Sequence record: NC_048002.1
Strand: one strand, 5' to 3'
Length of the DNA stretch: 39,883 nucleotides
DNA from: Escherichia phage SRT7
In this document: positions 30,314-38,154 of the stretch, piece after piece
How positions within the stretch are numbered: the first letter of the stretch is position 1
Layout of the letters: every line of letters starts with the position of its first letter
Translations under genes and position numbers: made by a program
Notes under the pieces: generated by a model
The model's database searches: none
The model's input: the letters and a program-made list of their open reading frames with translations, nothing else
Told to the model about the DNA's origin: nothing

Positions 30314-30794
30314 AACACTCTGCCTTGTGCTTCTCAAACAGTTCCTTATAGAACTCAGCTTTCGCGAGGTCTTTATGGATGTTCGCTTGGTCAGACTTCT
30401 TGCCAGCGCGTAGGCGGTACTTAAGGGTATTGCCCATACAGAACCCACGGAACTGCTCAACGGTCATCGACCGGGCAATCACCTCAATGGATTCCAGACC
30501 GTCGAACACTTGGTAGTGACTTGGCTGTTTAACCGCTGGGTCTTCGCCCGGAGATGCCCCATCAACCTGTTTAACAGGGATGCTTCCCTTTAGGATTGCC
30601 TCTTGGCGGACAAGACTTCTGCGAGCCTCACTCAATGTCTTGAACGTACCGTTCCCGGTAGCAGCTCCGACCATAGGGCACGTTGAGCAGCCAACACCAC
30701 GACACGACATTTCGCTACAGGTTGCCGTACCAGCTTTCAGTTGGTTCTGCGAAACGATATTGCGCAGGGTCTCGATAGTGTATGGCTTAGTCAT
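30300..30794 (-). CDS. gp1.7: gp1.7-like protein (putative nucleotide kinase, DUF3310-like C-terminus)
   Basis: 164 aa; C-terminal HY...GLESIEVI...FCMGNTLKYRLRAG motif; N-terminal Cys cluster; AAAGGAG RBS. Confidence 0.65.
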   Translation of the reverse strand: MTKPYTIETLRNIVSQNQLKAGTATCSEMSCRGVGCSTCPMVGAATGNGTFKTLSEARRSLVRQEAILKGSIPVKQVDGASPGEDPAVKQPSHYQVFDGLESIEVIARSMTVEQFRGFCMGNTLKYRLRAGKKSDQANIHKDLAKAEFYKELFEKHKAECYEAK

Positions 30795-31053
30795 TGATAA
30801 TCTCCTTTACGGTTGCAATGAACAGACGAACGCGAGGCCACTTTGAGACAACAACTGGTACTTCCGGGCGCTCACCTTTGGAGGCACTAACCAGAAGACC
30901 ATTGGTCATAATTGCGTGGACGCTAGGCGCGAACGAATGGAACGTACCGAAGCGAGGAATCTTGGCGTGTTTCTCGGAGGCGAACGCAGTTGAGCGGTCT
31001 ACCCGTCGAGCGCTAAAGATACCGTTGGCTTTGTTGAAGTGTAAACGAATCAT
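30787..31053 (-). CDS. Hypothetical protein (88 aa) at gene 1.6 position
   Basis: Same length as T7 gp1.6; RBS GGAGAAC; overlaps gp1.7 start. Confidence 0.65.
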   Translation of the reverse strand: MIRLHFNKANGIFSARRVDRSTAFASEKHAKIPRFGTFHSFAPSVHAIMTNGLLVSASKGERPEVPVVVSKWPRVRLFIATVKEIIND

Positions 31054-31063
31054 AATGTTCTCC

Positions 31064-31150
31064 TTATGGTGGCGTTAAGTCATCGTCATTGTCAGTAAGT
31101 GACAGAATGAACAACATTAAGAATGCAATAGATAACACGAAATTTATCAT
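31064..31150 (-). CDS. Small hydrophobic peptide (28 aa) at gene 1.5 position, speculative
   Basis: MINFVLSIAFLMLFILSLTDNDDDLTPP; ATG 7 nt after GGGAGA start of phi1.5 transcript. Confidence 0.4.
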   Translation of the reverse strand: MINFVLSIAFLMLFILSLTDNDDDLTPP

Positions 31151-31157
31151 AACGTAG

Positions 31158-31179
31158 TCTCCCTATAGTGTGGGTTAAT
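31158..31179 (-). promoter_or_regulatory. Phage RNAP promoter (phi1.5-like)
   Basis: Consensus 22-mer on minus strand. Confidence 0.88.
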
Positions 31180-31182
31180 AGG

Positions 31183-31296
31183 CTAGTCATCTAGTGGGCA
31201 GTAGTCGGACAGTTTGTCTTTAGCCCACTTGTGGCCTACCCAAAGTCCAAATATGAATACCAGCACGAGGCTGAGCGAGATTTCTAAAGGTGTCAT
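31183..31296 (-). CDS. Small membrane-type protein (37 aa) at gene 1.4 position, speculative
   Basis: MTPLEISLSLVLVFIFGLWVGHKWAKDKLSDYCPLDD; AAGGATT RBS. Confidence 0.45.
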   Translation of the reverse strand: MTPLEISLSLVLVFIFGLWVGHKWAKDKLSDYCPLDD

Positions 31297-31311
31297 AGCG
31301 TAATCCTTAAG

Positions 31312-31357
31312 TTGTAGAAACGACAAAAGGCCCACCCGTTAAGGTAGACCTTTTAGC
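31312..31357 (-). terminator. Hairpin plus U-tract after ligase gene (TE-like early terminator candidate)
   Basis: Minus RNA AAAAGGUCUACC-UUAACG-GGUGGGCCUUUU then GUCGUUUCU; 12-bp stem with GU pairs; stem resembles the RNase III hairpin family. Confidence 0.6.
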
Positions 31358-31360
31358 GTC

Positions 31361-32422
31361 TTACATCTTCACCGTTGGGTCACTTTCAGTCCCTCGCCAG
31401 CAATCCCAGCTAGGGTGACGGAGCGAGCCATCTTCGGTGTATTCCATGAACTTTACTTGGCATTGCCAGCCCTCGTAGGGGTTCATGTACCAGCATCCAG
31501 CTTCGTTAGCGTTACACTCAGTGGTGTACTCCTTAACGCGCTTCGTGAACTCGTCCATCAAATCCTGAGAGATGTTATTAGCGTCAACCGTGACACCGTT
31601 CTCAAGTTGTACTTGGAAGCCGATAACCTTACCTTCGTTAGCGAGACCCGGAGTGCCCCAATTGAGACCAACAACTACGCCATCGGCTTCGTCTTCTGGC
31701 TTCATCTTCCACCAGCCAGTTTTCTTACCGCGACGATAAGTCCCTGTTGGGTCCTTAATGATGAGACCCTCATGGCCCTCTGCACGTTTCTCTGCGTAGA
31801 GTTCGTTCAGGGACTGCATGTCATACACATCGTAGGTCTCAGCGAGTTCCCAAGAGACTTCAGGGAAGTGGTCACGCAGCACCATAATCATCTGCTGACA
31901 GTGGACCTGCATTAAGCAGTTCATCACGTCGATATCTTCACCAGACTCAACTTTGTCGAGCGGCAGGATAGCATAGAGGCGAACGCACAGGTGCTCAACG
32001 GAGAGGTTGAATGGTTGCTTGTTCTTAGACTTCCACACATCGTGGAACACACGGTGCTCGGTGAACTCAAAGTTGTTCAGCTTGAGCCACTTGGTACGCA
32101 GCAATCCAGAGCCCTTCTGGAACGACACACCTTTGACCATCAGTTCACCATCAAGCATGAACCCTTCCGGGTAAATCCAGCGGTCATCCTTCAGGAGCTT
32201 CTCCCAGCGACGGTCGTAACCGTTCAGGTGCTCCAGTGCAGGGATGGTCTTCGCTACACGGGACAGCCACAGGCCACGAGCGTCATCGGCTACCACAATG
32301 TTACCACGAACGCCATCATACTTAACGTCAGCAATAAGTGAACCGTTCTTCTCAAGAGCTTTCTCTACGGCAGACTGGACGAAACTTACAGCTTTATATG
32401 GGTTGGTTTTAATAGATGTCAT
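31361..32422 (-). CDS. gp1.3: ATP-dependent DNA ligase (T7 gp1.3-like)
   Basis: Start at ATG 32422 (MTSIKTNPYKAVSF..., 353 aa) overlapping gp1.2 stop; KYDGVRG adenylation motif; matches T7 ligase. Confidence 0.93.
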   Translation of the reverse strand: MTSIKTNPYKAVSFVQSAVEKALEKNGSLIADVKYDGVRGNIVVADDARGLWLSRVAKTIPALEHLNGYDRRWEKLLKDDRWIYPEGFMLDGELMVKGVSFQKGSGLLRTKWLKLNNFEFTEHRVFHDVWKSKNKQPFNLSVEHLCVRLYAILPLDKVESGEDIDVMNCLMQVHCQQMIMVLRDHFPEVSWELAETYDVYDMQSLNELYAEKRAEGHEGLIIKDPTGTYRRGKKTGWWKMKPEDEADGVVVGLNWGTPGLANEGKVIGFQVQLENGVTVDANNISQDLMDEFTKRVKEYTTECNANEAGCWYMNPYEGWQCQVKFMEYTEDGSLRHPSWDCWRGTESDPTVKM

Positions 32423-32643
32423 TGTTTGATTTCCTTCATGAATTGTGGGTTGTATTGCTCGATGATTTTCCATGCGTATAACTTAGCGGTAGTCTCGCCA
32501 TCTTTCGCATAAGGTTGTTCGAGACGTCCAAGCTCAAGGCCGAACGCATCACAAATAACTGTAACGTGCAACATCCGGCAATCGTCATAGTACATGATCA
32601 TTTCCAGACCAGTGAACCAGAGTGCATCTTTCAGGCTAACCAT
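32419..32643 (-). CDS. gp1.2: gp1.2-like protein (dGTPase inhibitor family)
   Basis: 74 aa; position and YYDDC motif resemble T7 gp1.2 (IYDDW). Confidence 0.6.
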   Translation of the reverse strand: MVSLKDALWFTGLEMIMYYDDCRMLHVTVICDAFGLELGRLEQPYAKDGETTAKLYAWKIIEQYNPQFMKEIKQ

Positions 32644-32653
32644 AAGTCACCTC

Positions 32654-32842
32654 TCAGTAGTCGCGGTATTGTTTACCACAGGAAGTGTACTTGCGTTCCA
32701 TCTTATCGGCAATGTGGTCGAAGACTTCACGCTTCTCAGAGCGGTCAGCTTTACGGTCACGCTTGTTTAACTTAGCGCCTTTACGACCAGTGAAACCTTC
32801 AGTTGGAGCCTTGCGAGTGATGCGCTCGAAATTGGTATTCAT
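32654..32842 (-). CDS. gp1.1: gp1.1-like basic protein
   Basis: 62 aa, lysine/arginine rich; NFE...GRKGAKLNKRDRK resembles T7 gp1.1. Confidence 0.7.
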   Translation of the reverse strand: MNTNFERITRKAPTEGFTGRKGAKLNKRDRKADRSEKREVFDHIADKMERKYTSCGKQYRDY

Positions 32843-32882
32843 AATGTGTTCCTTAAAGTGTTCGAAAGGGGAGAGCGGATTG

Positions 32883-32904
32883 TCTCCCTATAGTGTGGGT
32901 TAAT
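32883..32904 (-). promoter_or_regulatory. Phage RNAP promoter (phi1.1B-like)
   Basis: Consensus 22-mer; transcript 5' end can form GGGAGA-loop-UCUCCC hairpin. Confidence 0.88.
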
Positions 32905-32908
32905 ATAC

Positions 32909-33187
32909 TTAGCGGGTGGTCTCAATAACTATGCGACCGAGTACATCATGCTTCTTAAAGATGAACTCTTTACGAGACCCATCGGTGTGCGTCTGTGTCA
33001 GTACATACAGCAGAGGACCTCGTGGGGACCACTTCAGTTTACTGACTGTCTTGCCGCAAGGCCCAAGTCCCAACACAAAGTCTGTCTTGTGGAGGCGACC
33101 ATCAGGCTTCACAGCATAGAACAGCACGCGGGTAACTTTAGGTATCTTAAAGAGTTTCTTTAGGTATGAAAAGATTGAAGTAATCAT
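32909..33187 (-). CDS. Hypothetical protein (92 aa) between the two phi1.1-type promoters
   Basis: ATG at 33187 with GAGG RBS; no counterpart in recalled T7 map. Confidence 0.55.
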   Translation of the reverse strand: MITSIFSYLKKLFKIPKVTRVLFYAVKPDGRLHKTDFVLGLGPCGKTVSKLKWSPRGPLLYVLTQTHTDGSRKEFIFKKHDVLGRIVIETTR

Positions 33188-33203
33188 GTTTGTAAACCTC
33201 GTT

Positions 33204-33242
33204 GGTTAACTTTAAGTATCTTTATGTTTAACTTTAAGTATT
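33204..33242. repeat. AT-rich segment with two copies of TTAACTTTAAGTAT downstream of phi1.1A (candidate primary origin region)
   Basis: Direct repeats at 33205-33218 and 33228-33241; position mirrors the T7 primary origin. Confidence 0.4.
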
Positions 33243-33281
33243 GGGACCATCCGGCATCGCATCTAGGCGATAGGCCATCTG

Positions 33282-33303
33282 GTTCCCTATAGTGTGGGTT
33301 AAT
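33282..33303 (-). promoter_or_regulatory. Phage RNAP promoter (phi1.1A-like; GGGAAC variant)
   Basis: Minus ATTAACCCACACTATAGGGAAC. Confidence 0.8.
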
Positions 33304-33348
33304 GATAAGACCCTGAAGATTCAAGGCCTTAGGTATTAACCGACGCTG

Positions 33349-35997
33349 TTAGGCGAACGCAAAGTCAGACTTTAAGATTTCCTGAAGATTCAGAGACCCT
33401 TTAGCTGGAATCGCTGGCATCTTCTCAAGCTGACTTTCGTGAAGCTGGTCGTAGAACTGGTCGTAGAACTCTTGGATTACGTCATGCTCCTCATAGGTCT
33501 CCACAAGGGTCTCACGTACTGCGTTAAACAGGTTGCGAGCGTCTGCGGCTACCGTACCGAAGCTATCGTGAATCAGAGCGAACGACTTAATGCCATACTT
33601 ATTGTGACCGTGCACTACCGTCTGACGCAGGTGGCTACCATCCATGCTGTGCACGAAGTTAGGCGCAATCCCGGACTCCTGTTTGTGTGCGTCAATCCCG
33701 CTATCCTTTGTTGTGTTGATGGTCAGAGCCATGCGAATCTTACCAAGGAAAATCAGGTCGAGACGCTTCTGGACTGGCTTCTTGTACTCCTGCCACACAG
33801 GGAACCCATCAGGAGTAACCCAATGTACAGCACAGCGGTTGCGCAGGATTGTCCCGTCCTTATCCTTCACCTCAGCGGCTAACAGCTTAGCAGCACTCTG
33901 GAGCCACTTCATGGCATCAACCGCAGCCACCACAGTGACACTTACAGCTTCCCAGATGAGCTTCGCCATGTAACCTGCGGCTTGGTTCGGCTGGGTAAAC
34001 ATGAGGCCCTTCCCGTTGTCAATAGCTGGACGGATGGTGTCCTCCAGTACTTGGTCACGGAAGCCATACTCTTTGGAACCATACGCCAGCGTCATGACAG
34101 AACGTTTAGTGACCCCACGGTTGACCCCAAAGGCCAGCCACTGACCAGCCAGCTCGCGAGTACCCAGCTTAGGCTTCTCGGTAATCTCACCAGTGGTCTT
34201 ATTGGTAATCACTTCGATTTCGTTGTCGGTCCCGCCGATAGCATCAGCCTGAAGACGGATGTTAACCTTGTCGGAGACGATACGATAGATATCCTGCACG
34301 GTCTCGCTCGGTAGCAGGTTAACTGCACGACCACCAACCTCATCACGCAGCATAGCAGAGAAGTGCTGAATCCCTGAGCATGAGCCATCGAAGGCCAGCG
34401 GCAGAGAGGACACGTAGGACTTACCGTGACGGAACGCTCCAGCGTACTCAAAGCAGAACGCGAGGAAACAGAACGGTGAATCTTGCTCGGCCCACCAAAG
34501 GTTCTCTAAAGGAGCCTCAGCGCAAGCCATAATATCTGCGTGGTGACTCTCAATGAAGTCGATGCGCTCCGGGAATGGGACCTTATCAACACCTGCGGTA
34601 TTCGCACCGTGAATCTTCAGCCAGTACATTCCGTCCTCACCGATAGGCTTGCCAGTGGCGAACGTCAGGAGGCCCTTTGTCATATCGTTGCCCTGTGGGT
34701 TAAACATCGGGCAAGCATACACGCGACCGCGCCAGTCTAGGTTGTACGGGAACCAGATTGCCTTAAACTGTGCAAACTTATTGGCCTGACCGAGAGCGAA
34801 CTCGAGGGACAGGCGCTTAGACACGCGAGCCTTATCCTGACGATACACGGCTGCGGCTGCTTTCTTCCACGACTTGAGAGACGCTTCATTCGTGTCGATG
34901 TCCTCAGGTTTCTCCGGGAGTTCTTTACGCTCCAGCGCTGGGATATCCTCCACCGGACAGTTCTTCCAGTTGACCACCTGATTGACGACCGCCAGAACCT
35001 TCGTGTTAATCTTCCACGCTGTATTCTGAGCGATGTTTACCGCTTCATATACCTCAGGCATAGACACATCGTTGTAGCGCATGAGAGCCTTACGAGAGCC
35101 TACACGAATCAACTGAATCGGCTTACGACCAGCCGCCCAATAGCCGCCACCTTCGATGGACGTCCAAGGTTTCGGAGGGACTACACAAGGTTGATACATT
35201 GGTGCGATTGCAGCCAGTGCCCCAGCGCGTTTACTGATAGCTTCTACCCATTCGTCAGCCAGAAAGACAAACTGACCGTCTGACTTAACGTTCCCGGCGT
35301 TCATACGCTCGACCTCAACGAGACCTGTAGACTCAATAAGCAATTCAAGCATCTTGATACCTGTGTGCTCCAGCTCCTCGGTGGTCCAGTGCTCCCACGT
35401 GGATTTAAGCTCTTTGCGCTCAATCATCTGTTTCTCTACGACCTGCATGTAAGCCTTTTTGTAGAGCAAGCCGTTGCGCTTGTTGAGCCCGTCCTCTACG
35501 TACTTCTTAAAGAACTTGGCTTCCTCATCACGGATACGACCGAAGCGTAACTCATCTTCGATTGCACGACCTATGGCGAACGCTACGTTCTGCATTGATG
35601 CCAGTTCCTGCTTGGCTACCTGTGCCAGTGTCTGCTTGACCACGATTGCCGCACAGTTGTCGGCTTTGATTGCCGCTGTGGTCTTTGTAGCTACGTGCTT
35701 ACGTCCTTTCTTCACGCGCATCTCTTCGTGCCACTCAGTGAAACGAGCAGACAACCGAGGGATTAACGTCTGGACTACACCTTTAGCCGCTGCGTTATCT
35801 GCAAACTCGCCAGCCTCAATCTGACGCTGTAACTGCTTATGGAAACGCTTCTCACCTTCCGTGTATGCCTCGTGCTCTAACTCAAGTTGAACAGCCGCCA
35901 GATGTTCGCCGTAATGGTCTGCCAATACGTTGAACGGTTCGATATCGTGTTTGATATCAGAAAAGTCATTCACTGCCGGATTAATTACGTTGCTCAT
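33349..35997 (-). CDS. gp1: Single-subunit DNA-dependent RNA polymerase (T7 gp1-like)
   Basis: 882 aa; extensive identity to T7 RNAP including catalytic HDSFGT and C-terminal FAFA. Confidence 0.97.
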   Translation of the reverse strand: MSNVINPAVNDFSDIKHDIEPFNVLADHYGEHLAAVQLELEHEAYTEGEKRFHKQLQRQIEAGEFADNAAAKGVVQTLIPRLSARFTEWHEEMRVKKGRKHVATKTTAAIKADNCAAIVVKQTLAQVAKQELASMQNVAFAIGRAIEDELRFGRIRDEEAKFFKKYVEDGLNKRNGLLYKKAYMQVVEKQMIERKELKSTWEHWTTEELEHTGIKMLELLIESTGLVEVERMNAGNVKSDGQFVFLADEWVEAISKRAGALAAIAPMYQPCVVPPKPWTSIEGGGYWAAGRKPIQLIRVGSRKALMRYNDVSMPEVYEAVNIAQNTAWKINTKVLAVVNQVVNWKNCPVEDIPALERKELPEKPEDIDTNEASLKSWKKAAAAVYRQDKARVSKRLSLEFALGQANKFAQFKAIWFPYNLDWRGRVYACPMFNPQGNDMTKGLLTFATGKPIGEDGMYWLKIHGANTAGVDKVPFPERIDFIESHHADIMACAEAPLENLWWAEQDSPFCFLAFCFEYAGAFRHGKSYVSSLPLAFDGSCSGIQHFSAMLRDEVGGRAVNLLPSETVQDIYRIVSDKVNIRLQADAIGGTDNEIEVITNKTTGEITEKPKLGTRELAGQWLAFGVNRGVTKRSVMTLAYGSKEYGFRDQVLEDTIRPAIDNGKGLMFTQPNQAAGYMAKLIWEAVSVTVVAAVDAMKWLQSAAKLLAAEVKDKDGTILRNRCAVHWVTPDGFPVWQEYKKPVQKRLDLIFLGKIRMALTINTTKDSGIDAHKQESGIAPNFVHSMDGSHLRQTVVHGHNKYGIKSFALIHDSFGTVAADARNLFNAVRETLVETYEEHDVIQEFYDQFYDQLHESQLEKMPAIPAKGSLNLQEILKSDFAFA

Positions 35998-36020
35998 TAT
36001 TGCCTCGCTTGTTTAAGAAT

Positions 36021-36072
36021 CTTCACTCTCAGAGGCCACCGCTTGGCGACCTCTTGAAGTGTAGACTATCAG
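36021..36072 (-). promoter_or_regulatory. RNase III-type processing hairpin (R1-like) between kinase and RNAP genes
   Basis: Minus RNA CTGATAG...GAGGUCGCC-AAGC-GGUGGCCUC with lower stem CACU/AGUG; overlaps kinase stop. Confidence 0.5.
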
Positions 36073-37223
36073 CCCATAAACATTGCGTCAAGACGCTTAT
36101 CAATATCAAGCGGTCTGCCCATATTGATTTGCTCTACCATTCGGTTGTGGCGCTCCACGTTCTTCTCATGGATGACCCGGATGCCGTTCCTGTGGTGAAT
36201 CTTAAGACCCTCAGGGATTGCCCACTTCACACCGCGACCACAGATGTACTTAGCGTCCGGCTTAATTCCTACCACCAGTTCCCACGCTCGGTCATCATCC
36301 TTGCGAACCATATTGGCTTTCGCTTGGCGTTCTTCACGCTCGGCTCTAATCTTAGCCAGTTGAATCTTACGGCGGCGATGTGCCTTTCGGTTCTCCAGCT
36401 TGTTCAACTTACGGAGGTGACGTTGTTGCCACTTCTCAATAGCTTCCTCAAGTTTCATCGCTTGGATTTCCTCAAGTAGCGCCTCAAAGTCTACCCGGAA
36501 GTCATCCGGCTCACCGAGACCGTTTGTGTAGCTCACCGGGTCAGTGATGACGATGTTGTCGTTATGGTCCAGCATCACGTTACCTTCATGCATGTCGAAG
36601 CCAGCCACCCCATAGAAGAACTCGCGGATGTGCGCTGCGGTTCCCTGTAGACCCTGAGTGACCTCATCGTATGCCTCGCAGAAGTCCCATGCGTCACTGT
36701 CGCGATTCAGAATCTGAGTCTTCACGATGTTGTACTGGTCGAGGACTTCAGGTGACTTTGCACTGTATGGCTTAAGGTGGTCCAGAACGACCGTGTAACA
36801 GGCATCATGTCGTGCAATCGCATGGATTACTGGCAACCCTTGTAGACCCGGATTAGCTCGGCAGAATGCAGCGTACGCAGCGCCTGAGTCTTCTTTCTTA
36901 AAGCCCACCTTAATGACGCGACCCGGCAGACTTACGTGGCTGAATACTGCACTGAAGAATCCATTCCCTAGGAACGTATAGCCCAGCTCGCGAGCCATCG
37001 CCACCAGCGAACCCCACCAGTCCTGTGAGTTAACGAACTCGGTATCGTCCACGCCACAGCCGCAATCAGTCTCGTAGTTTACAAGGTCAGCAAGAATACC
37101 CACGAGACCCGGTTGGCGTTCATCGAGTCGGTCGATAGGTAGCGCTTTCAGTGCTTTCATTCGGTACTCAAGTGCTTGATACACGGTAGGGACCACGTGA
37201 TGTGCTGCGTTCATTGGGTTCAT
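36069..37223 (-). CDS. gp0.7: Serine/threonine protein kinase, host shut-off (T7 gp0.7-like)
   Basis: 384 aa; NGHFSA/NGFFSA, RVIKVGFKKEDSGAAY, FDMH.GN, ITDPVS and C-terminal DKQLDAMLMG-type blocks as in T7 gp0.7. Confidence 0.9.
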   Translation of the reverse strand: MNPMNAAHHVVPTVYQALEYRMKALKALPIDRLDERQPGLVGILADLVNYETDCGCGVDDTEFVNSQDWWGSLVAMARELGYTFLGNGFFSAVFSHVSLPGRVIKVGFKKEDSGAAYAAFCRANPGLQGLPVIHAIARHDACYTVVLDHLKPYSAKSPEVLDQYNIVKTQILNRDSDAWDFCEAYDEVTQGLQGTAAHIREFFYGVAGFDMHEGNVMLDHNDNIVITDPVSYTNGLGEPDDFRVDFEALLEEIQAMKLEEAIEKWQQRHLRKLNKLENRKAHRRRKIQLAKIRAEREERQAKANMVRKDDDRAWELVVGIKPDAKYICGRGVKWAIPEGLKIHHRNGIRVIHEKNVERHNRMVEQINMGRPLDIDKRLDAMFMG

Positions 37224-37247
37224 TTCAGTTACTCCAGAGGTTGACTA

Positions 37248-37604
37248 TTAGAATGTTACAGATTCGTGGATTGTGCGGGTTACAGTGATGCCACCGGCAA
37301 GCTCTACAGCGTAGCGAATAGCCTCCTCTTTGGTGCGGAAGTCCCGTCCAGATACATGATAGGTGTCACCATTAACCACGTTATCAGGCTTACGGGCTAC
37401 GCTCACGGCATTAGATAGACTAAGCACTCCGTTGCGGTAATCCGTCACCCACTTATTGAGGCTCGGGACGGACACGCCAAGCTCAACAGCCAAACTTGTA
37501 GTTCCTGTCTTCCCGCGAGGGCCATCCGGTAGTGCAAGGTAACGCTGTACGGCTGCAATGCGGAAACCTACGGTGTACATAATGCGAGTATTGATGGTAG
37601 TCAT
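37248..37604 (-). CDS. Hypothetical helix-turn-helix protein (118 aa), early region
   Basis: GGAGA RBS; segment FRIAAVQRYL...GTTSLAVELGVSVPSLNKWVTDY resembles IS3 OrfA / HTH_Tnp_1-type DNA-binding motifs. Confidence 0.7.
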   Translation of the reverse strand: MTTINTRIMYTVGFRIAAVQRYLALPDGPRGKTGTTSLAVELGVSVPSLNKWVTDYRNGVLSLSNAVSVARKPDNVVNGDTYHVSGRDFRTKEEAIRYAVELAGGITVTRTIHESVTF

Positions 37605-37625
37605 TTGGTATCTCCAGAATATTAA

Positions 37626-37823
37626 TTAGTGAGTTGCTACGTAAAACATCCCGACCTTATTGGCCTTAAAGCGCCCATTCGGTTCCCGTACAGTGAATCG
37701 CGGCAGGACGTACCATTTGAAGTACGCTAGGTTCGCGCTGTGTACAATGAGACCCTTACGGAAGTCTCGCACAAAGAGAGCCACAATGGCTGCGTACACT
37801 GCTATGATGAAAGCTATAGTCAT
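37626..37823 (-). CDS. Small membrane protein (65 aa), early region
   Basis: N-terminal hydrophobic helix TIAFIIAVYAAIVALFV; GGAGACC RBS. Confidence 0.65.
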   Translation of the reverse strand: MTIAFIIAVYAAIVALFVRDFRKGLIVHSANLAYFKWYVLPRFTVREPNGRFKANKVGMFYVATH

Positions 37824-37846
37824 TCGCTAGGTCTCCATTAGGTTAT

Positions 37847-37886
37847 CTTTGAGCGCCCACCTGTGACGCTCTCGTTAGCCTATCAG
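37847..37886 (-). promoter_or_regulatory. RNase III-type processing hairpin (R0.5-like)
   Basis: Minus RNA CTGATAGG...GAGCGUCAC..GGGCGCUC; same CTGATAGG stop-containing motif as the other three copies. Confidence 0.45.
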
Positions 37887-38005
37887 TAACCACCTGTGAG
37901 TTTAACAGTAAGTGTCTCGGTGTCTGCCTCGAACTGAGCGCCACGCTTCAGTAGGTCGTAACAAACATCCATAAACCACTCGTAATCGTGACAACGTATA
38001 ATCAC
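37883..38005 (-). CDS. Small early protein (40 aa, GTG start), speculative
   Basis: GGGAGG 7 nt upstream of GTG; GTGA overlap with upstream ORF; stop sits in conserved CTGATAGG motif. Confidence 0.35.
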   Translation of the reverse strand: MIIRCHDYEWFMDVCYDLLKRGAQFEADTETLTVKLTGGY

Positions 38006-38154
38006 TCTACAACCTCCCATACAACCGTCCCACTAGGTAAGCGCTTGCCGAATCCTTGTTGGTTCCTGAAGCGTGCACGAGCGTCCCTTTCGTTGTACCC
38101 GTAGCATGTCATTGAGTAACACCAGCCCGGAACGTGGATAGAGTAGCGTTTCAT
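38002..38154 (-). CDS. Small early protein (50 aa)
   Basis: ATG overlaps upstream stop (ATGA); MKRYSIHVPGWCYSMTCYGYNERDARARF... Confidence 0.5.
   Translation of the reverse strand: MKRYSIHVPGWCYSMTCYGYNERDARARFRNQQGFGKRLPSGTVVWEVVE

Noticed and set aside
30314-30460. N-terminal 49 codons of the 80-aa ORF overlapping gp1.7
   Set aside because: This part lies wholly inside gp1.7 in another frame with no start signal; only the distal 31 codons after the gp1.7 stop were kept, as a speculative gp1.8-like ORF.
37248-37604. Possibility that the HTH gene is a remnant IS3-family insertion sequence
   Set aside because: No adjacent DDE transposase ORF, inverted repeats or target-site duplication; the gene has a phage-type RBS and fits the operon spacing.
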